A DNA stretch of 64,000 nucleotides, taken from NCBI GenBank assembly GCA_963828165.1, contig CAWHDR010000001.1:1472001-1536000 (forward strand). The letters are read 5' to 3'. Origin of the DNA: an uncultured Chloroflexia bacterium (GTDB lineage Bacteria > Chloroflexota > Limnocylindria > Limnocylindrales > CSP1-4). Positions 48,201 through 56,512 of the stretch are shown here, piece after piece. Position 1 is the stretch's first letter, and every line of letters begins with the position of its first letter. The position numbers and the translations under genes are program-made. A model generated the notes under the pieces. The model made no database searches. It was not told where the DNA came from and saw only the letters and a program-made list of their open reading frames with translations.

Positions 48201-49186
48201 CCGTCAACAACGTCAACCCGACCGCGGACCTCGCCAACAACGGCCCGATCAACGAGGGCGGCACGGCCACGATCTCCTTCAGCAACCAAGCTGATCCTTC
48301 GACCGCCGACACAGCCGCGGGCTTCCACTACGCCTATTCGTGCAGCAATGCGAGCCTGGCCACCGCCACATATGCGCTGAGCGGCACGAGTGCATCAACC
48401 ACCTGTTCGTATCCCGATGGTCCCTCGACCCACACGGTCCGGGCCCGGATCATCGACAAGGACGGCGGCTACAGCGAGTACACAACAGTCGTCACGGTCA
48501 ACAACGTCAAGCCGGTCGTCACCTTCGCCGCGATCGCCGTCGATCCGGTGACAGGCGTGATCTCGTCCACGATGACCTACGCAGACGTGGGCGTGAATGA
48601 CACGCAGACGGCCACCTTCGAGTACCGCCTGAACGGGGTCCTGGTAGCCACGCACACGTCCGCTTCTACGCTGCCGTCGAGTGGCACCGCCCTGGACAGC
48701 TACACGGCTGCCCCCGGCTGCTACACGGTCGAAGTCACGATGTGGGTCACCGACAAGGACGGCGCCAGCTCCGACCACGCGGTCCGGAACGGCTTCACGC
48801 CGCTCGTCGACATCTACACGCCGAGCTTCAAGGCCCCGATCAAGAACAACGAACGGAATATCGCGAAGTACGGGAACGTCGTTCCGATCAAGGTCGAGCT
48901 CGCGAGCAACTGCTCGCCGGGCACGACCGTGACCAGCCCCGTCCTCCACATCACGATCGCACTAGGTAACGTCGCCGACGTTGTTCCGGACGCGACCCCC
49001 GTGATCGTGGCCGAGAGCGTCAGCAACGCCGATACCGGCACGCAGATGCGCGTGAACGGCGGGGGCTACATCTACAACTTCACCACCAAGAACCTGACCC
49101 AGGGCCAGGACTACACGATCCGCATCCGCGTCGGCAGTACGACCGGACCGATCATCCTGCGGGCCTTGTTCCAGCCCAAGAAGTGA
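44423..49186 (+). CDS. Giant repetitive adhesin-like protein, intact 3' part: cadherin-like and Ig-like repeats, PKD-like domains, C-terminal PxKF-like domain
   Basis: VNDDPVANDD..V.ED and FTYTISDGNGG repeats; P.GASIDP.TGEFSWTP repeats; FKAPI...GNVVPIKVEL...YIYNFTTK. Confidence 0.9.
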   Translation: MTVTNVNDDPVANDDSATVAEDSIGNAINVLGNDNDGPDVGETLLVTAVSNPPNGSAAITGGGTGVSYTPDADFFGTDTFTYTISDGNGGTDTATVTVTVTNVNDDPVANDDSATVAEDSIGNAINVLGNDNDGPDVGETLLVTAVSNPPNGSAAITGGGTGVSYTPDADFFGTDTFTYTISDGNGGTDTATVTVTVTNVNDDPVANDDSATVAEDSIGNAINVLGNDNDGPDVGETLLVTAVSNPPNGSAAITGGGTGVSYTPDADFFGTDTFTYTISDGNGGTDTATVTVTVTNVNDDPVLAAIADDTIPEMAAFGFTASASDIDGDDLTFSLDGAPAGASIDPLTGEFSWTPSEAQGPGVYTFDVVVTDDGTPALDDTEEVTLTVLEVNRAPTVAPIADDTIPEMVAYTFTASATDPDLPANGLTFSLDGAPAGASIDPLTGEFSWTPSEAQGPGVYTFDVVVTDDGTPALDDTEEVTLTVLEVNRAPTVAPIADDTIPEMVAYTFTASATDPDLPANGLTFSLDGAPAGASIDPLTGEFSWTPSEAQGPGVYTFDVVVTDDGTPALDDTEEVTLTVLEVNRAPTVAPIADDTIPEMVAYTFTASATDPDLPANGLTFSLDGAPAGASIDPLTGEFSWTPSEAQGPGVYTFDVVVTDDGTPALDDTEEVTLTVLEVNRAPTVAPIADDTIPEMVAYTFTASATDPDLPANGLTFSLDGAPAGASIDPLTGEFSWTPSEAQGPGVYTFDVVVTDDGTPALDDTEEVTLTVLEVNRAPTVAPIADDTIPEMVAYTFTASATDPDLPANGLTFSLDGAPAGASIDPLTGEFSWTPSEAQGPGVYTFDVVVTDDGTPALDDTEEVTLTVLEVNRAPTVAPIADDTIPEMVAYTFTASATDPDLPANGLTFSLDGAPAGASIDPLTGEFSWTPSEAQGPGVYTFDVVVTDDGTPVLDDTEEVTLTVLEVNRAPTVAPIADDTIPEMVAYTFTASATDPDLPANGLTFSLDGAPAGASIDPLTGEFSWTPSEAQGPGVYTFDVVVTDDGTPVLDDTEEVTLTVLEVNRAPTVAPIADDTIPEMVAYTFTASATDPDLPANGLTFSLDGAPAGASIDPLTGEFSWTPSEAQGPGVYTFDVVVTDDGTPALDDTEEVTLTVLEVNRAPVLGAIGNKSLNEGGTLTFTATATDPDIPVNGLTFSLTNGTTGCGVGVTCAVPAGASINPTTGAFTWTTPDSGTFRFKVVVTDDGSPVLSDNEEITVTVNNVNPTADLANNGPINEGGTATISFSNQADPSTADTAAGFHYAYSCSNASLATATYALSGTSASTTCSYPDGPSTHTVRARIIDKDGGYSEYTTVVTVNNVKPVVTFAAIAVDPVTGVISSTMTYADVGVNDTQTATFEYRLNGVLVATHTSASTLPSSGTALDSYTAAPGCYTVEVTMWVTDKDGASSDHAVRNGFTPLVDIYTPSFKAPIKNNERNIAKYGNVVPIKVELASNCSPGTTVTSPVLHITIALGNVADVVPDATPVIVAESVSNADTGTQMRVNGGGYIYNFTTKNLTQGQDYTIRIRVGSTTGPIILRALFQPKK
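45601..47904 (+). repeat. Eight near-identical 288-bp tandem coding repeats, flanked by two diverged copies
   Basis: Units start at 45601 + n x 288; only difference seen is C>T (Ala>Val) at 47280 and 47568. Confidence 0.95.
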
Positions 49187-49233
49187 CCAACTCAGCCCAC
49201 TAGTACAGCGCTCGTCCTACTCCGAGCGCGCGC

Positions 49234-49269
49234 AGAGGCCGGTCCCCACTGACCCGGGGGCCGGCCTCT
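49234..49269 (+). terminator. Hairpin after adhesin gene
   Basis: AGAGGCCGG...CCGGCCTCT inverted repeat. Confidence 0.65.
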
Positions 49270-49311
49270 CATCATGTCCAGTGCCTTGCGTTCAGGTCTT
49301 AAGGTGCGTCC

Positions 49312-49629
49312 ATGGTTAGGGATTCGCGTCGCCTAACGCACCGCGCACGTCTGACGGGTCGGGGGCAGATCACCGTGCCGAAGGCCATTCGGGACGCTCT
49401 CGGTGCTCGGCCCGGTGACGACATCGAGTTCGTTTCACGGGACGGCGAGTTGCTCGTCGAGTTGCGACCGAAGCGGAGCGTGCTCGACTTCGCGGGTATC
49501 GCCGCGGACGCGGCCGCAGCCATACCGCCCACCGCGAAGGCGATCGATGAACTGATCGAGCGCGGGATGACCCGAACTGCGATCGCCCGGCCGACGGGCA
49601 GTCCCTCGAGGTCACGGAGGTCGCGGTAG
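49312..49629 (+). CDS. AbrB/MazE/SpoVT-family DNA-binding protein
   Basis: ARLTGRGQITVPKAIRDALGARPGDDIEF. Confidence 0.85.
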   Translation: MVRDSRRLTHRARLTGRGQITVPKAIRDALGARPGDDIEFVSRDGELLVELRPKRSVLDFAGIAADAAAAIPPTAKAIDELIERGMTRTAIARPTGSPSRSRRSR

Positions 49630-49660
49630 ACCCGGCCGGCCCCTCACCTTGTCCGCCCGT

Positions 49661-50527
49661 CTACGGCGCCTTCGGGTCCACATAGCGGCAGCGATCCCGA
49701 AGCGGGCATTGGTCGTGCTCGGGGCGCTGGGCGTGGCAGACCTTGCGGCCGTGCTGGATCAGGTTGACGTGGGCCTCGTACATCTGGTCGGGCTCGAACA
49801 GCCCGAGGACCAGGTCGTGGGCCTCATCAAGCGAGGGCTTCGGTGGCAGCACGCCGACCCGGCGCATCACGCGGTCGACGTGGCGGTCGATCGGCAGCAG
49901 CGGCTGGCCGAAGCAGAACAGCAGCAGCACGGAGGCGGTCTTCTTGCCGATGCCATCGATCTCGTCCAGCCAGTCGCGCGCCTCGATCGCGGGCATGTCA
50001 CCGAGGAACTCGAGCGAATAGTCGCCGCGCTCCTCGCGGATCTTGCGAAGGGTCGTCTGGAGGCGGGGCGCCTTCTGGTTGGGCAGGCCGCCCGGGCGGA
50101 TGACGTCGGTCAGCTCGGGGATCGGCGCGAACTCGACGCGCGCCCAGTCCGGCGCCGCGCCGTCCGACAGCCCGAAACCGCCCCAGCCGGCGCCCGGCTT
50201 GTGCGCCTCGACCGGGCCGCCGCCCGGGTACGCGCGGCGGAGCGCCTCGAAGGCAGCCTCGGCATTGGTGTCGGCGGTGCTCTGGGTGAGGATCGTCAGG
50301 ATCAGCTCGCTCGTCGGGTCCAGGCGGCGCTCCCAGGTCGGGCGGCCGTACTTGGAGGCGAGGCCGTCGAGCACGAACGGCACGAGCCCAGGCCGGTAGC
50401 GCTCGAGCCGCTTCGCGAAGCTCCGCCCCGGGTCGCTGAACTTGCGCTTCTTCGGCCGCGGGCGGCGCTTGGGCTTCGGCGCGTGCCCCGGCGTGGGCGG
50501 CTGGACCAGCGGATCTTCGGCCGTCAT
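49661..50527 (-). CDS. nth: Endonuclease III-family HhH-GPD DNA glycosylase
   Basis: TILTQST, GIGKKTA, PIDRH, C-x6-H-x2-C-x5-C. Confidence 0.85.
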   Translation of the reverse strand: MTAEDPLVQPPTPGHAPKPKRRPRPKKRKFSDPGRSFAKRLERYRPGLVPFVLDGLASKYGRPTWERRLDPTSELILTILTQSTADTNAEAAFEALRRAYPGGGPVEAHKPGAGWGGFGLSDGAAPDWARVEFAPIPELTDVIRPGGLPNQKAPRLQTTLRKIREERGDYSLEFLGDMPAIEARDWLDEIDGIGKKTASVLLLFCFGQPLLPIDRHVDRVMRRVGVLPPKPSLDEAHDLVLGLFEPDQMYEAHVNLIQHGRKVCHAQRPEHDQCPLRDRCRYVDPKAP

Positions 50528-51660
50528 GCGATCGCCGCTCCGAGACCGATGAGCGTGGCGATGCGCTCGCCACAGCGTTCCAGGGGTGCCGTGCCTGCGG
50601 CCATCGCCTCCTCCACCGATTGCGGGAGTTCGGTCACCGGGACCGCGACCGCACCAACCTCCGCGAGGGCCGCGATGCCGTCGGGCTCGACGCCGCCACC
50701 GACTGCGATGCAGGGTACGCCCGCTGCCCCCGCGCGGCGCGCGACACCGAGCGCGGTCTTGCCGAAGGCCGTCTGGGCATCGATCCGCCCCTCACCGGTG
50801 ATGACGAGGTCGGCCCGCGCGAGCCGCGCGTCGAAGTCGGTGGCGTCCATGACGAGGTCCACGCCGGGGCGGAGCCCGAATGATCGAAACCGGTCCTGGA
50901 TCGACAGCAGCGCGTAGCCGACGCCGCCGGCCGCGCCGGCGCCCGGCGTCGCTCGCTCGGGCCGGCCGGCCTCGACGTCCATCGTGTCCGCGAATCGGTC
51001 GAGTCGGCGGTCGAGATCCTGGACGTCATCGCGCGTCGCGCCTTTCTGCGGGCCGTAGACGGCCGCGGCACCGGTCGGCCCGGACAACGGATTCGAGACG
51101 TCGCAGGCCACCTGCAGCTCTACGGTCGCGAGCCTCGGATCGAGGTCGGCGAGATCCACCGTGGCGGTGTCCCGGTCGGCATGGGCCCCGAGGCCGGTCA
51201 GCAAGCCGGCGCCGCCATCCGTCGTGGCGCTGCCGCCGATCCCCAGGACGATGCTACGGACACGGGCATTCAGCGCGGCCCGGATGAGGTCGCCGGTGCC
51301 GATGGAGGTCGCCCGGATCGGGTCGCGTTCGTCCGCGGTCAGCAGGGAGAGGCCCGAGGCCGCGGCCATCTCGACCGCCGCGCGCTGGCCATCGTCCGAG
51401 ATCAGCCATCGCGCCGTGATCTGGCGTCCGAGGGGATCGCGGACGGTCGAGGTCCGACGCTGCCACCCCCCGGCTGCCTCGATCGCGGCGAGCGTACCTT
51501 CGCCGCCATCGGCCAGCGGGCAGAGCAGGATCTCGTCGTCCGGGCGGGCGCGGCGCCAGCCGTCGGCCAGTGCCTGCGCGACCTGGACCGAAGTCAACGA
51601 CCCCTTGAACGAGTCCGGCGCGATCAGGACGGTGCGCCCTGCCGCCGGTCCGGCGCTCAC
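50524..51660 (-). CDS. glxK: Glycerate kinase, class I (GlxK/GarK)
   Basis: IAPDSFKGSL, PLADGGEGT, GIGGSATTDGG, GPQKGA, TGEGRIDAQTAFGK. Confidence 0.93.
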   Translation of the reverse strand: MSAGPAAGRTVLIAPDSFKGSLTSVQVAQALADGWRRARPDDEILLCPLADGGEGTLAAIEAAGGWQRRTSTVRDPLGRQITARWLISDDGQRAAVEMAAASGLSLLTADERDPIRATSIGTGDLIRAALNARVRSIVLGIGGSATTDGGAGLLTGLGAHADRDTATVDLADLDPRLATVELQVACDVSNPLSGPTGAAAVYGPQKGATRDDVQDLDRRLDRFADTMDVEAGRPERATPGAGAAGGVGYALLSIQDRFRSFGLRPGVDLVMDATDFDARLARADLVITGEGRIDAQTAFGKTALGVARRAGAAGVPCIAVGGGVEPDGIAALAEVGAVAVPVTELPQSVEEAMAAGTAPLERCGERIATLIGLGAAIA

Positions 51661-52196
51661 CGCAGGTCCTTCCAGAAGAAGGTAGTCGGTGTCGGCGTCC
51701 CGTCGGTCGCCAGGGCGTGGTTCGGCATCACGCCGAGCTCGACCCAGCCCTGGGATCGATAGAAGGCATCGGCTGCGCTCCCGGTCACGGTGTCGAGCAT
51801 GAGCATCCAGCGGCCGTCGGCGCGTGCCCGCTCCTCGGCCGCGGCCATCAACGCCGTGGCGATGCCGCGCCGCCGGGCCGAGCTGTGCACCAGGACCTTG
51901 CCGATCTCGGCGCGATGGGGCGAGTTGGGGTTGCGCGAGCGGATGAGCAGCGTGGAGCCCACCACGCGATCGTCGTCGAGCGCCACGAACGCCGAGATCA
52001 CGCCGTCGCGCACGTGGCCGATGCGTTCGGTCCACCAGGGTGCCGTCTCCTCCACCGTCACGCCGGCGAGGAAGTTGACCCCCGCGCCGCTGTCGACCGC
52101 GTCGACGAGCAGGGCCGCGAGATCCGGGATGGCCGCCCCGTACCCGGCCGCGTCGAGCTCGCGGATCGTGACGGGCGGTGAGGCGCGCTCGGTCAC
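51657..52196 (-). CDS. GNAT acetyltransferase
   Basis: HRAEIGKVLVH..ARRRGIATALM, LDTVTGS, FYRSQGW. Confidence 0.9.
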   Translation of the reverse strand: MTERASPPVTIRELDAAGYGAAIPDLAALLVDAVDSGAGVNFLAGVTVEETAPWWTERIGHVRDGVISAFVALDDDRVVGSTLLIRSRNPNSPHRAEIGKVLVHSSARRRGIATALMAAAEERARADGRWMLMLDTVTGSAADAFYRSQGWVELGVMPNHALATDGTPTPTTFFWKDLR

Positions 52197-54139
52197 CGGA
52201 TGGTCGGTTCGAGTCCTACGCGGCCCGCCGCGCGCCGGCGCTCCAGGTATTCCGGGATCCGGATCATCGGCGGGCGTTCCTGGTCGCCGACCTCGATCAC
52301 CTCGAGCGACAGGCGGCCCCTGCCCGAGCGAGGCAGCTTCATCGTGGAGCCCATCTCGGCGAACAGCCGCACCTTGCGCCGCTCCTCGAGCCGCTTGATG
52401 ACCGCCTGGAGGATCACGAACGACATCCGCGACAGCCCTTCGAGCTCCTGGTTGCGGTGGACCCGGCGTTCCAGGTCGACCTGCCCGAGGCCCTCGATGC
52501 CGACGCGCTCCGCCGCGTCGATGAGGTGGCCGATCTCGACCGCGTAGCCCGTGAAGAACGGGATCGACTCCAACAGCGAGCGGCGACCGGCGTACTCCCC
52601 GGCAAGCGGCTGGATGAGCCCCGACAGCTCCGGGTAGAAAAGGTTGATCAACGGCCGCGCGACGAGCTCGGTGACGCGGCCGCCGCCGCCTTCCTTGAGC
52701 ACCCCGTCGGTGACGATGGGCCGCTGGTAGTAGCCCTTGACGTACTGCAGGCGGGGCTCGTGAAGCAGCGGCCCGAGCGTCCCGTAGACCATCCGGTGAT
52801 GCCAGTTCTTCACGTCGGTGTCGGCCCAGACGACGATGTCGCCGGTCGTCTCGTACAGCGACTTCCAGAGCGCCTCGCCCTTGCCCTGGAACGAGCCGTA
52901 GCGCGACAGCACGTCGGGGTGCTGCACGACGCGTGCGCCTTCGGCCTCGGCGATCTCGCGGGTCCGGTCGGACGACGCCGAATCGATGACGAGGACCTCG
53001 TCGAGCAGCGGCACCCGCCCGACCATCTCGCGCATCGCGCGCCGGACGATCGGCCCGATGGTCTCCTCCTCATCGAGCGTGGGGAACACCAGCGAGACCG
53101 TGACGCCCTGCTTCTCCTTGAGCTGGACGAGGCGCCGCAGGTCGCCGAACTCGGCGTGATGGAAGTTCGACTCACCGAACCAGCGCTCGACGCGGGCCGG
53201 TACGGCACGCGCCTCCTCGGCTGCCCGGTCCGCGGCGGCCAGCGACTCCGCCTTGGCGGCGAGCGTATCGAACGTCGTACGGCCGATGGCCTCGCGGGTC
53301 TTGACCACCACGACGGTCGGCTTCGCGCGCGCGGCGATGGCCTCGGGAAGTGCCCCGAACAGGTACGAATCCGCGCCGTCGCCGCCCGGGGCGGCCGATG
53401 CGCCCATGACCACGAGGTCGGCCTTCTCCGCCTCGCGCAGGATGGCGTTGCGGACGTTGGGAGCCTCGCGCAGGACGGCCTCGCCCTTGCCCTTGAGGTG
53501 CTGCTTGATGAACGTGGTCAGGGCACGTTCCGCCTGGGCGCGGACCGCCATCGTGATACCGGCCGGCACGAGGTGGAGCACGACGACCGTCGCGCCGTGG
53601 TAGGTCGCGATCGCGTCCGCGAAGCGGATCGCGAGCTCGGCGTGCGGGCCGCCGCGGACGGGCACGAGCACGCGCTTGATCTCGCGCGTGCCACGCTGCT
53701 TGACGACCGCGATGTCGCACGGGGACTCGCGCACGACCTCGTCGATGGTCGGGGAGAAGACGGTCGGACCGCCGTTGCGACCGTCGTGGCCGGCGGGCGC
53801 CTTGCCGCCCCAGCCGAAGATGATGAGGTCGGACTCCTGCTCGGCGGCGGCCTCCGTGATCCCCTCGGCCGCGTGCCGGCCGATGCGGACGATCGGGTGG
53901 ATGGCGGTCCCGGCCGGGGCGTAGTCGAGCACCTTCTGGAGCAGCCGCCGGGCGTGCCGGGCGCGGGTCGCGCCCTCGGACAGGGGCATGCCCTCGGGGA
54001 CTTCCACGATGCCGAGCGCCGACAGCTCGCCGGCCCGCGGGTCGAGCATCGCCGCCCCGAGGCGGATCAGCTCCTCGGCCGTGCCGGGGTTGGCGACGGG
54101 GATGAGGATCCGGGCGGGCAGCGGGGAGCGCGGGCTCAT
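52193..54139 (-). CDS. gpgS: Tandem universal-stress (USP) domains fused to glucosyl-3-phosphoglycerate synthase
   Basis: USP1 RILIPVA...DLIIFG...SPCDIAVVK; USP2 RVLVPVRGG...DLVVMGA...FGALPE; GpgS PTLDEEETIG, GKGEALW, DTD, GGGRVTELVARP, QPLAGEYA, HRNQ. Confidence 0.88.
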   Translation of the reverse strand: MSPRSPLPARILIPVANPGTAEELIRLGAAMLDPRAGELSALGIVEVPEGMPLSEGATRARHARRLLQKVLDYAPAGTAIHPIVRIGRHAAEGITEAAAEQESDLIIFGWGGKAPAGHDGRNGGPTVFSPTIDEVVRESPCDIAVVKQRGTREIKRVLVPVRGGPHAELAIRFADAIATYHGATVVVLHLVPAGITMAVRAQAERALTTFIKQHLKGKGEAVLREAPNVRNAILREAEKADLVVMGASAAPGGDGADSYLFGALPEAIAARAKPTVVVVKTREAIGRTTFDTLAAKAESLAAADRAAEEARAVPARVERWFGESNFHHAEFGDLRRLVQLKEKQGVTVSLVFPTLDEEETIGPIVRRAMREMVGRVPLLDEVLVIDSASSDRTREIAEAEGARVVQHPDVLSRYGSFQGKGEALWKSLYETTGDIVVWADTDVKNWHHRMVYGTLGPLLHEPRLQYVKGYYQRPIVTDGVLKEGGGGRVTELVARPLINLFYPELSGLIQPLAGEYAGRRSLLESIPFFTGYAVEIGHLIDAAERVGIEGLGQVDLERRVHRNQELEGLSRMSFVILQAVIKRLEERRKVRLFAEMGSTMKLPRSGRGRLSLEVIEVGDQERPPMIRIPEYLERRRAAGRVGLEPTIR

Positions 54140-55524
54140 CCGACGCCCTCCGCGACCTTCGCGTCGGTCCAGCGCTCCACGAGGTACGGCTTCGTGCGCT
54201 CGAACGTGCGGGCCTGGCGCTCCACGCGATCCTCGGCCTCATCGGTGGTCACGTTGCGATTCTCGATGACGAAACTGCCCACGCGCCCGAAATAGATCGG
54301 CACGAGGGCCGCGACCAGCGTCTCGAGCGGGTGTTTCGGGTTTCGGGCGGTCACGACGAGGTCGTAGATGACCCGTGACCAGACGTCGTCCGGGAACTGG
54401 AACGCGCTCACGGCTTCAGCCATCGCCTCGGTCGTCGCCGTGGCCGACGCCACGTCCTCGCCGATCCCGAGCTTGGTCCGTGCCGCGTCGCCGATGCGTC
54501 CGGCGTCGGCAGCGAGCTCCATGACGGACTCGAGCGTCGCGGGCGCCAGCATCGAGCCCCACAGGTCGGCCAGGGTCATCGATCCCGTGTGGAACTCCGA
54601 CAGCAGCCGGAGCGTGTTCACGTTGAGCGGCGGCGGGTCGATGATCCGCTCGAAGCCGTAGGCGGGGACGTCGTGGCTGCCCTTGATGTCGAGCCAGTGG
54701 CCCTCGTGTTTCACGGCCAGCCGCAGGATCGTGCCGACGACCTGGCGGAACATGGGCCCCAGGTCCGAGCCCGGGTCCTTGGGGTCGTGGATCTTGGCGC
54801 CGAGGCGCGTCTGGCAGACCGCGAACCCGCCGGCCAGCGCGGAGGTCGTCATCCAGATGTCGATGCCGAACTTGCTGACGTCGTCGGTCCAGTCGTCGAG
54901 GGTCAGATAGTGCCGGACGAGATCGCCGCTGACCCCGAAGTCGCCACCGATCGGCTGGCGGATACGGTGCCCGTAGAGCGCCCGGGTCAACGGGTAGGTG
55001 ACGGTGTTCGTGATCGTGCCGTCGTACTTGTAGCGCGCGTAGAGCGGCGCCACGAAGTCGTAGCCGCCCTTGAGGATGGGTCCGGACAGGAGCTCGATCC
55101 ACTCGGGCACGATGCTGCGCAGGTCCGAGTCCACGACGACGAGCGCCTGGACCTTGAGCGCCGCGGCGATCTCGAAGATCGTGCGCAGGGCCGCGCCCTT
55201 GCCACCGACCCCGTCGATCTCGGGGTAGGTCAGGCTGACGCGCGAGAGCTTGTGGCTCGGGCGGACGAGCAGGATCTGCTCGATGTAGTCGGGCGGCTCC
55301 GTATCGATGACGACGCGCCCGGTTCCGTCCGGGGAGCCCGCGTCCGAATTGACGACCACGGGTCGCAGGTCCGGGAAGTACTGGACGAGACCGGCCTGAG
55401 CCGCGCGCACCACGTAACCGATGGTCGCTGCGTTCTTGAAGCTAGGGATGCCGACCATGATGTCGGCTTCACCGAGTCGGGCGATCTGTTCCCGCACGGC
55501 CGGAGTCAGGGCAGTCTCGGGCAT
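54136..55524 (-). CDS. Single-step glucosylglycerate/mannosylglycerate synthase-like glycosyltransferase (Ggs/Mgs type)
   Basis: VGIPSFKNAATI, DAGSPDGT, GKGAALRTIF, DSDLRS, RYKYDGTITN, RQPIGGDFG, FGIDIWMT, KIHDPKD. Confidence 0.75.
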   Translation of the reverse strand: MPETALTPAVREQIARLGEADIMVGIPSFKNAATIGYVVRAAQAGLVQYFPDLRPVVVNSDAGSPDGTGRVVIDTEPPDYIEQILLVRPSHKLSRVSLTYPEIDGVGGKGAALRTIFEIAAALKVQALVVVDSDLRSIVPEWIELLSGPILKGGYDFVAPLYARYKYDGTITNTVTYPLTRALYGHRIRQPIGGDFGVSGDLVRHYLTLDDWTDDVSKFGIDIWMTTSALAGGFAVCQTRLGAKIHDPKDPGSDLGPMFRQVVGTILRLAVKHEGHWLDIKGSHDVPAYGFERIIDPPPLNVNTLRLLSEFHTGSMTLADLWGSMLAPATLESVMELAADAGRIGDAARTKLGIGEDVASATATTEAMAEAVSAFQFPDDVWSRVIYDLVVTARNPKHPLETLVAALVPIYFGRVGSFVIENRNVTTDEAEDRVERQARTFERTKPYLVERWTDAKVAEGVG

Positions 55525-55584
55525 CGACCCCACCGTACCACCCCGCACGGGCGGAACGCCTTGCAGGTGCGCATCGGGGGCGCC

Positions 55585-56292
55585 TCAGCGGCGGGGCATC
55601 GGCGTCGTGATCCAGTCCGGAGCGACCTCGCCCGGTCGGTAGCGGGAGTTCGCGCCCTTGTACGCGAGGCCCCGGAAGCCCATCTCGCGCCACGAGCCGA
55701 TCCACGTTTCGACCGGGGGACGCACGAACATGCTCGCGCGCACCATGGGATCGCCGGGCAGGACCGAGGCGAGGAGCCGCTTGCGTTCGAGCAGCGGGAC
55801 GTCGAGCAGCCACTCCCCGTCGAGCCAGAGCAGGTCGACGGCCACGAGGTTCACCGGCTCGTCGTCGTCGAACTGCTGCGCCGCCCGTTCGGCCTGTTCG
55901 TCCTCGACCTGCTGTGCACGATCGAGGACCCGACCGCCCACGAGCGCCTTGGTGAGCAGCTTGCTGACCGACGGCATCGGCATGATGCCCGGGCGCAGGC
56001 CGGTGTCCTCGCCGCTGATCATCTTGGTGATGTAGGCATCCAGGATCACGCCGGAGGCCGTGGCGGCCACGGCCCCGGTGAGGGCCCGGGTGAGCTCCTC
56101 GTGCCCGACCACCTCGTCGCCGTCCAGCAGCAGGACGGCCGCATCACCCTGGGCGGCGGCGATGACCCGTAACCCGGACCAGACCGGCTCCACAACGGGC
56201 TCCGGGACGCGATCCGTGCGCCCGGCACCGTACTCCTGGAGGCGCAACTCTCGTGCCAGCTGGATGGCGTCGTCGTCGTCCATCTGCGGCAT
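55585..56292 (-). CDS. ATP-dependent DNA ligase adenylation-domain homolog with degenerate active site
   Basis: VEPVWSGLR (cf. EPKxDGxR), ILDAY, AVDLLWLDG, PLLERKRLL, RGLAYK..SRYRPG...W. Confidence 0.7.
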   Translation of the reverse strand: MPQMDDDDAIQLARELRLQEYGAGRTDRVPEPVVEPVWSGLRVIAAAQGDAAVLLLDGDEVVGHEELTRALTGAVAATASGVILDAYITKMISGEDTGLRPGIMPMPSVSKLLTKALVGGRVLDRAQQVEDEQAERAAQQFDDDEPVNLVAVDLLWLDGEWLLDVPLLERKRLLASVLPGDPMVRASMFVRPPVETWIGSWREMGFRGLAYKGANSRYRPGEVAPDWITTPMPRR

Positions 56293-56512
56293 CGTAGCCC
56301 TCCCGGTGACGCGTATCATCGGCCGGTGGCCACTGCCGCCCCCGTCCCGGGTCTTCCCGGCGTGCGGCTGTCGCTGCCGGACAAGGTGTCGGGGTGTTGC
56401 TGATCCGAGGTGTGCCCGAACCGCCGGATCGGATCCCGACCGTGCCCGTGGTCCCGCCGCTCGCCCCACCGGTTCGCCTCGCGCCGGCGGTGGCCCCGAT
56501 CTCGCCCGGGAA

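Noticed and set aside
45386-48328. 980-aa minus-strand ORF
   Set aside because: Antisense shadow of the GC3-biased repeat gene; no independent protein features
44423-49186. Diversity-generating retroelement or shufflon acting on the adhesin or pilins
   Set aside because: No reverse transcriptase, recombinase, adenine-specific repeat pair or inversion sites seen
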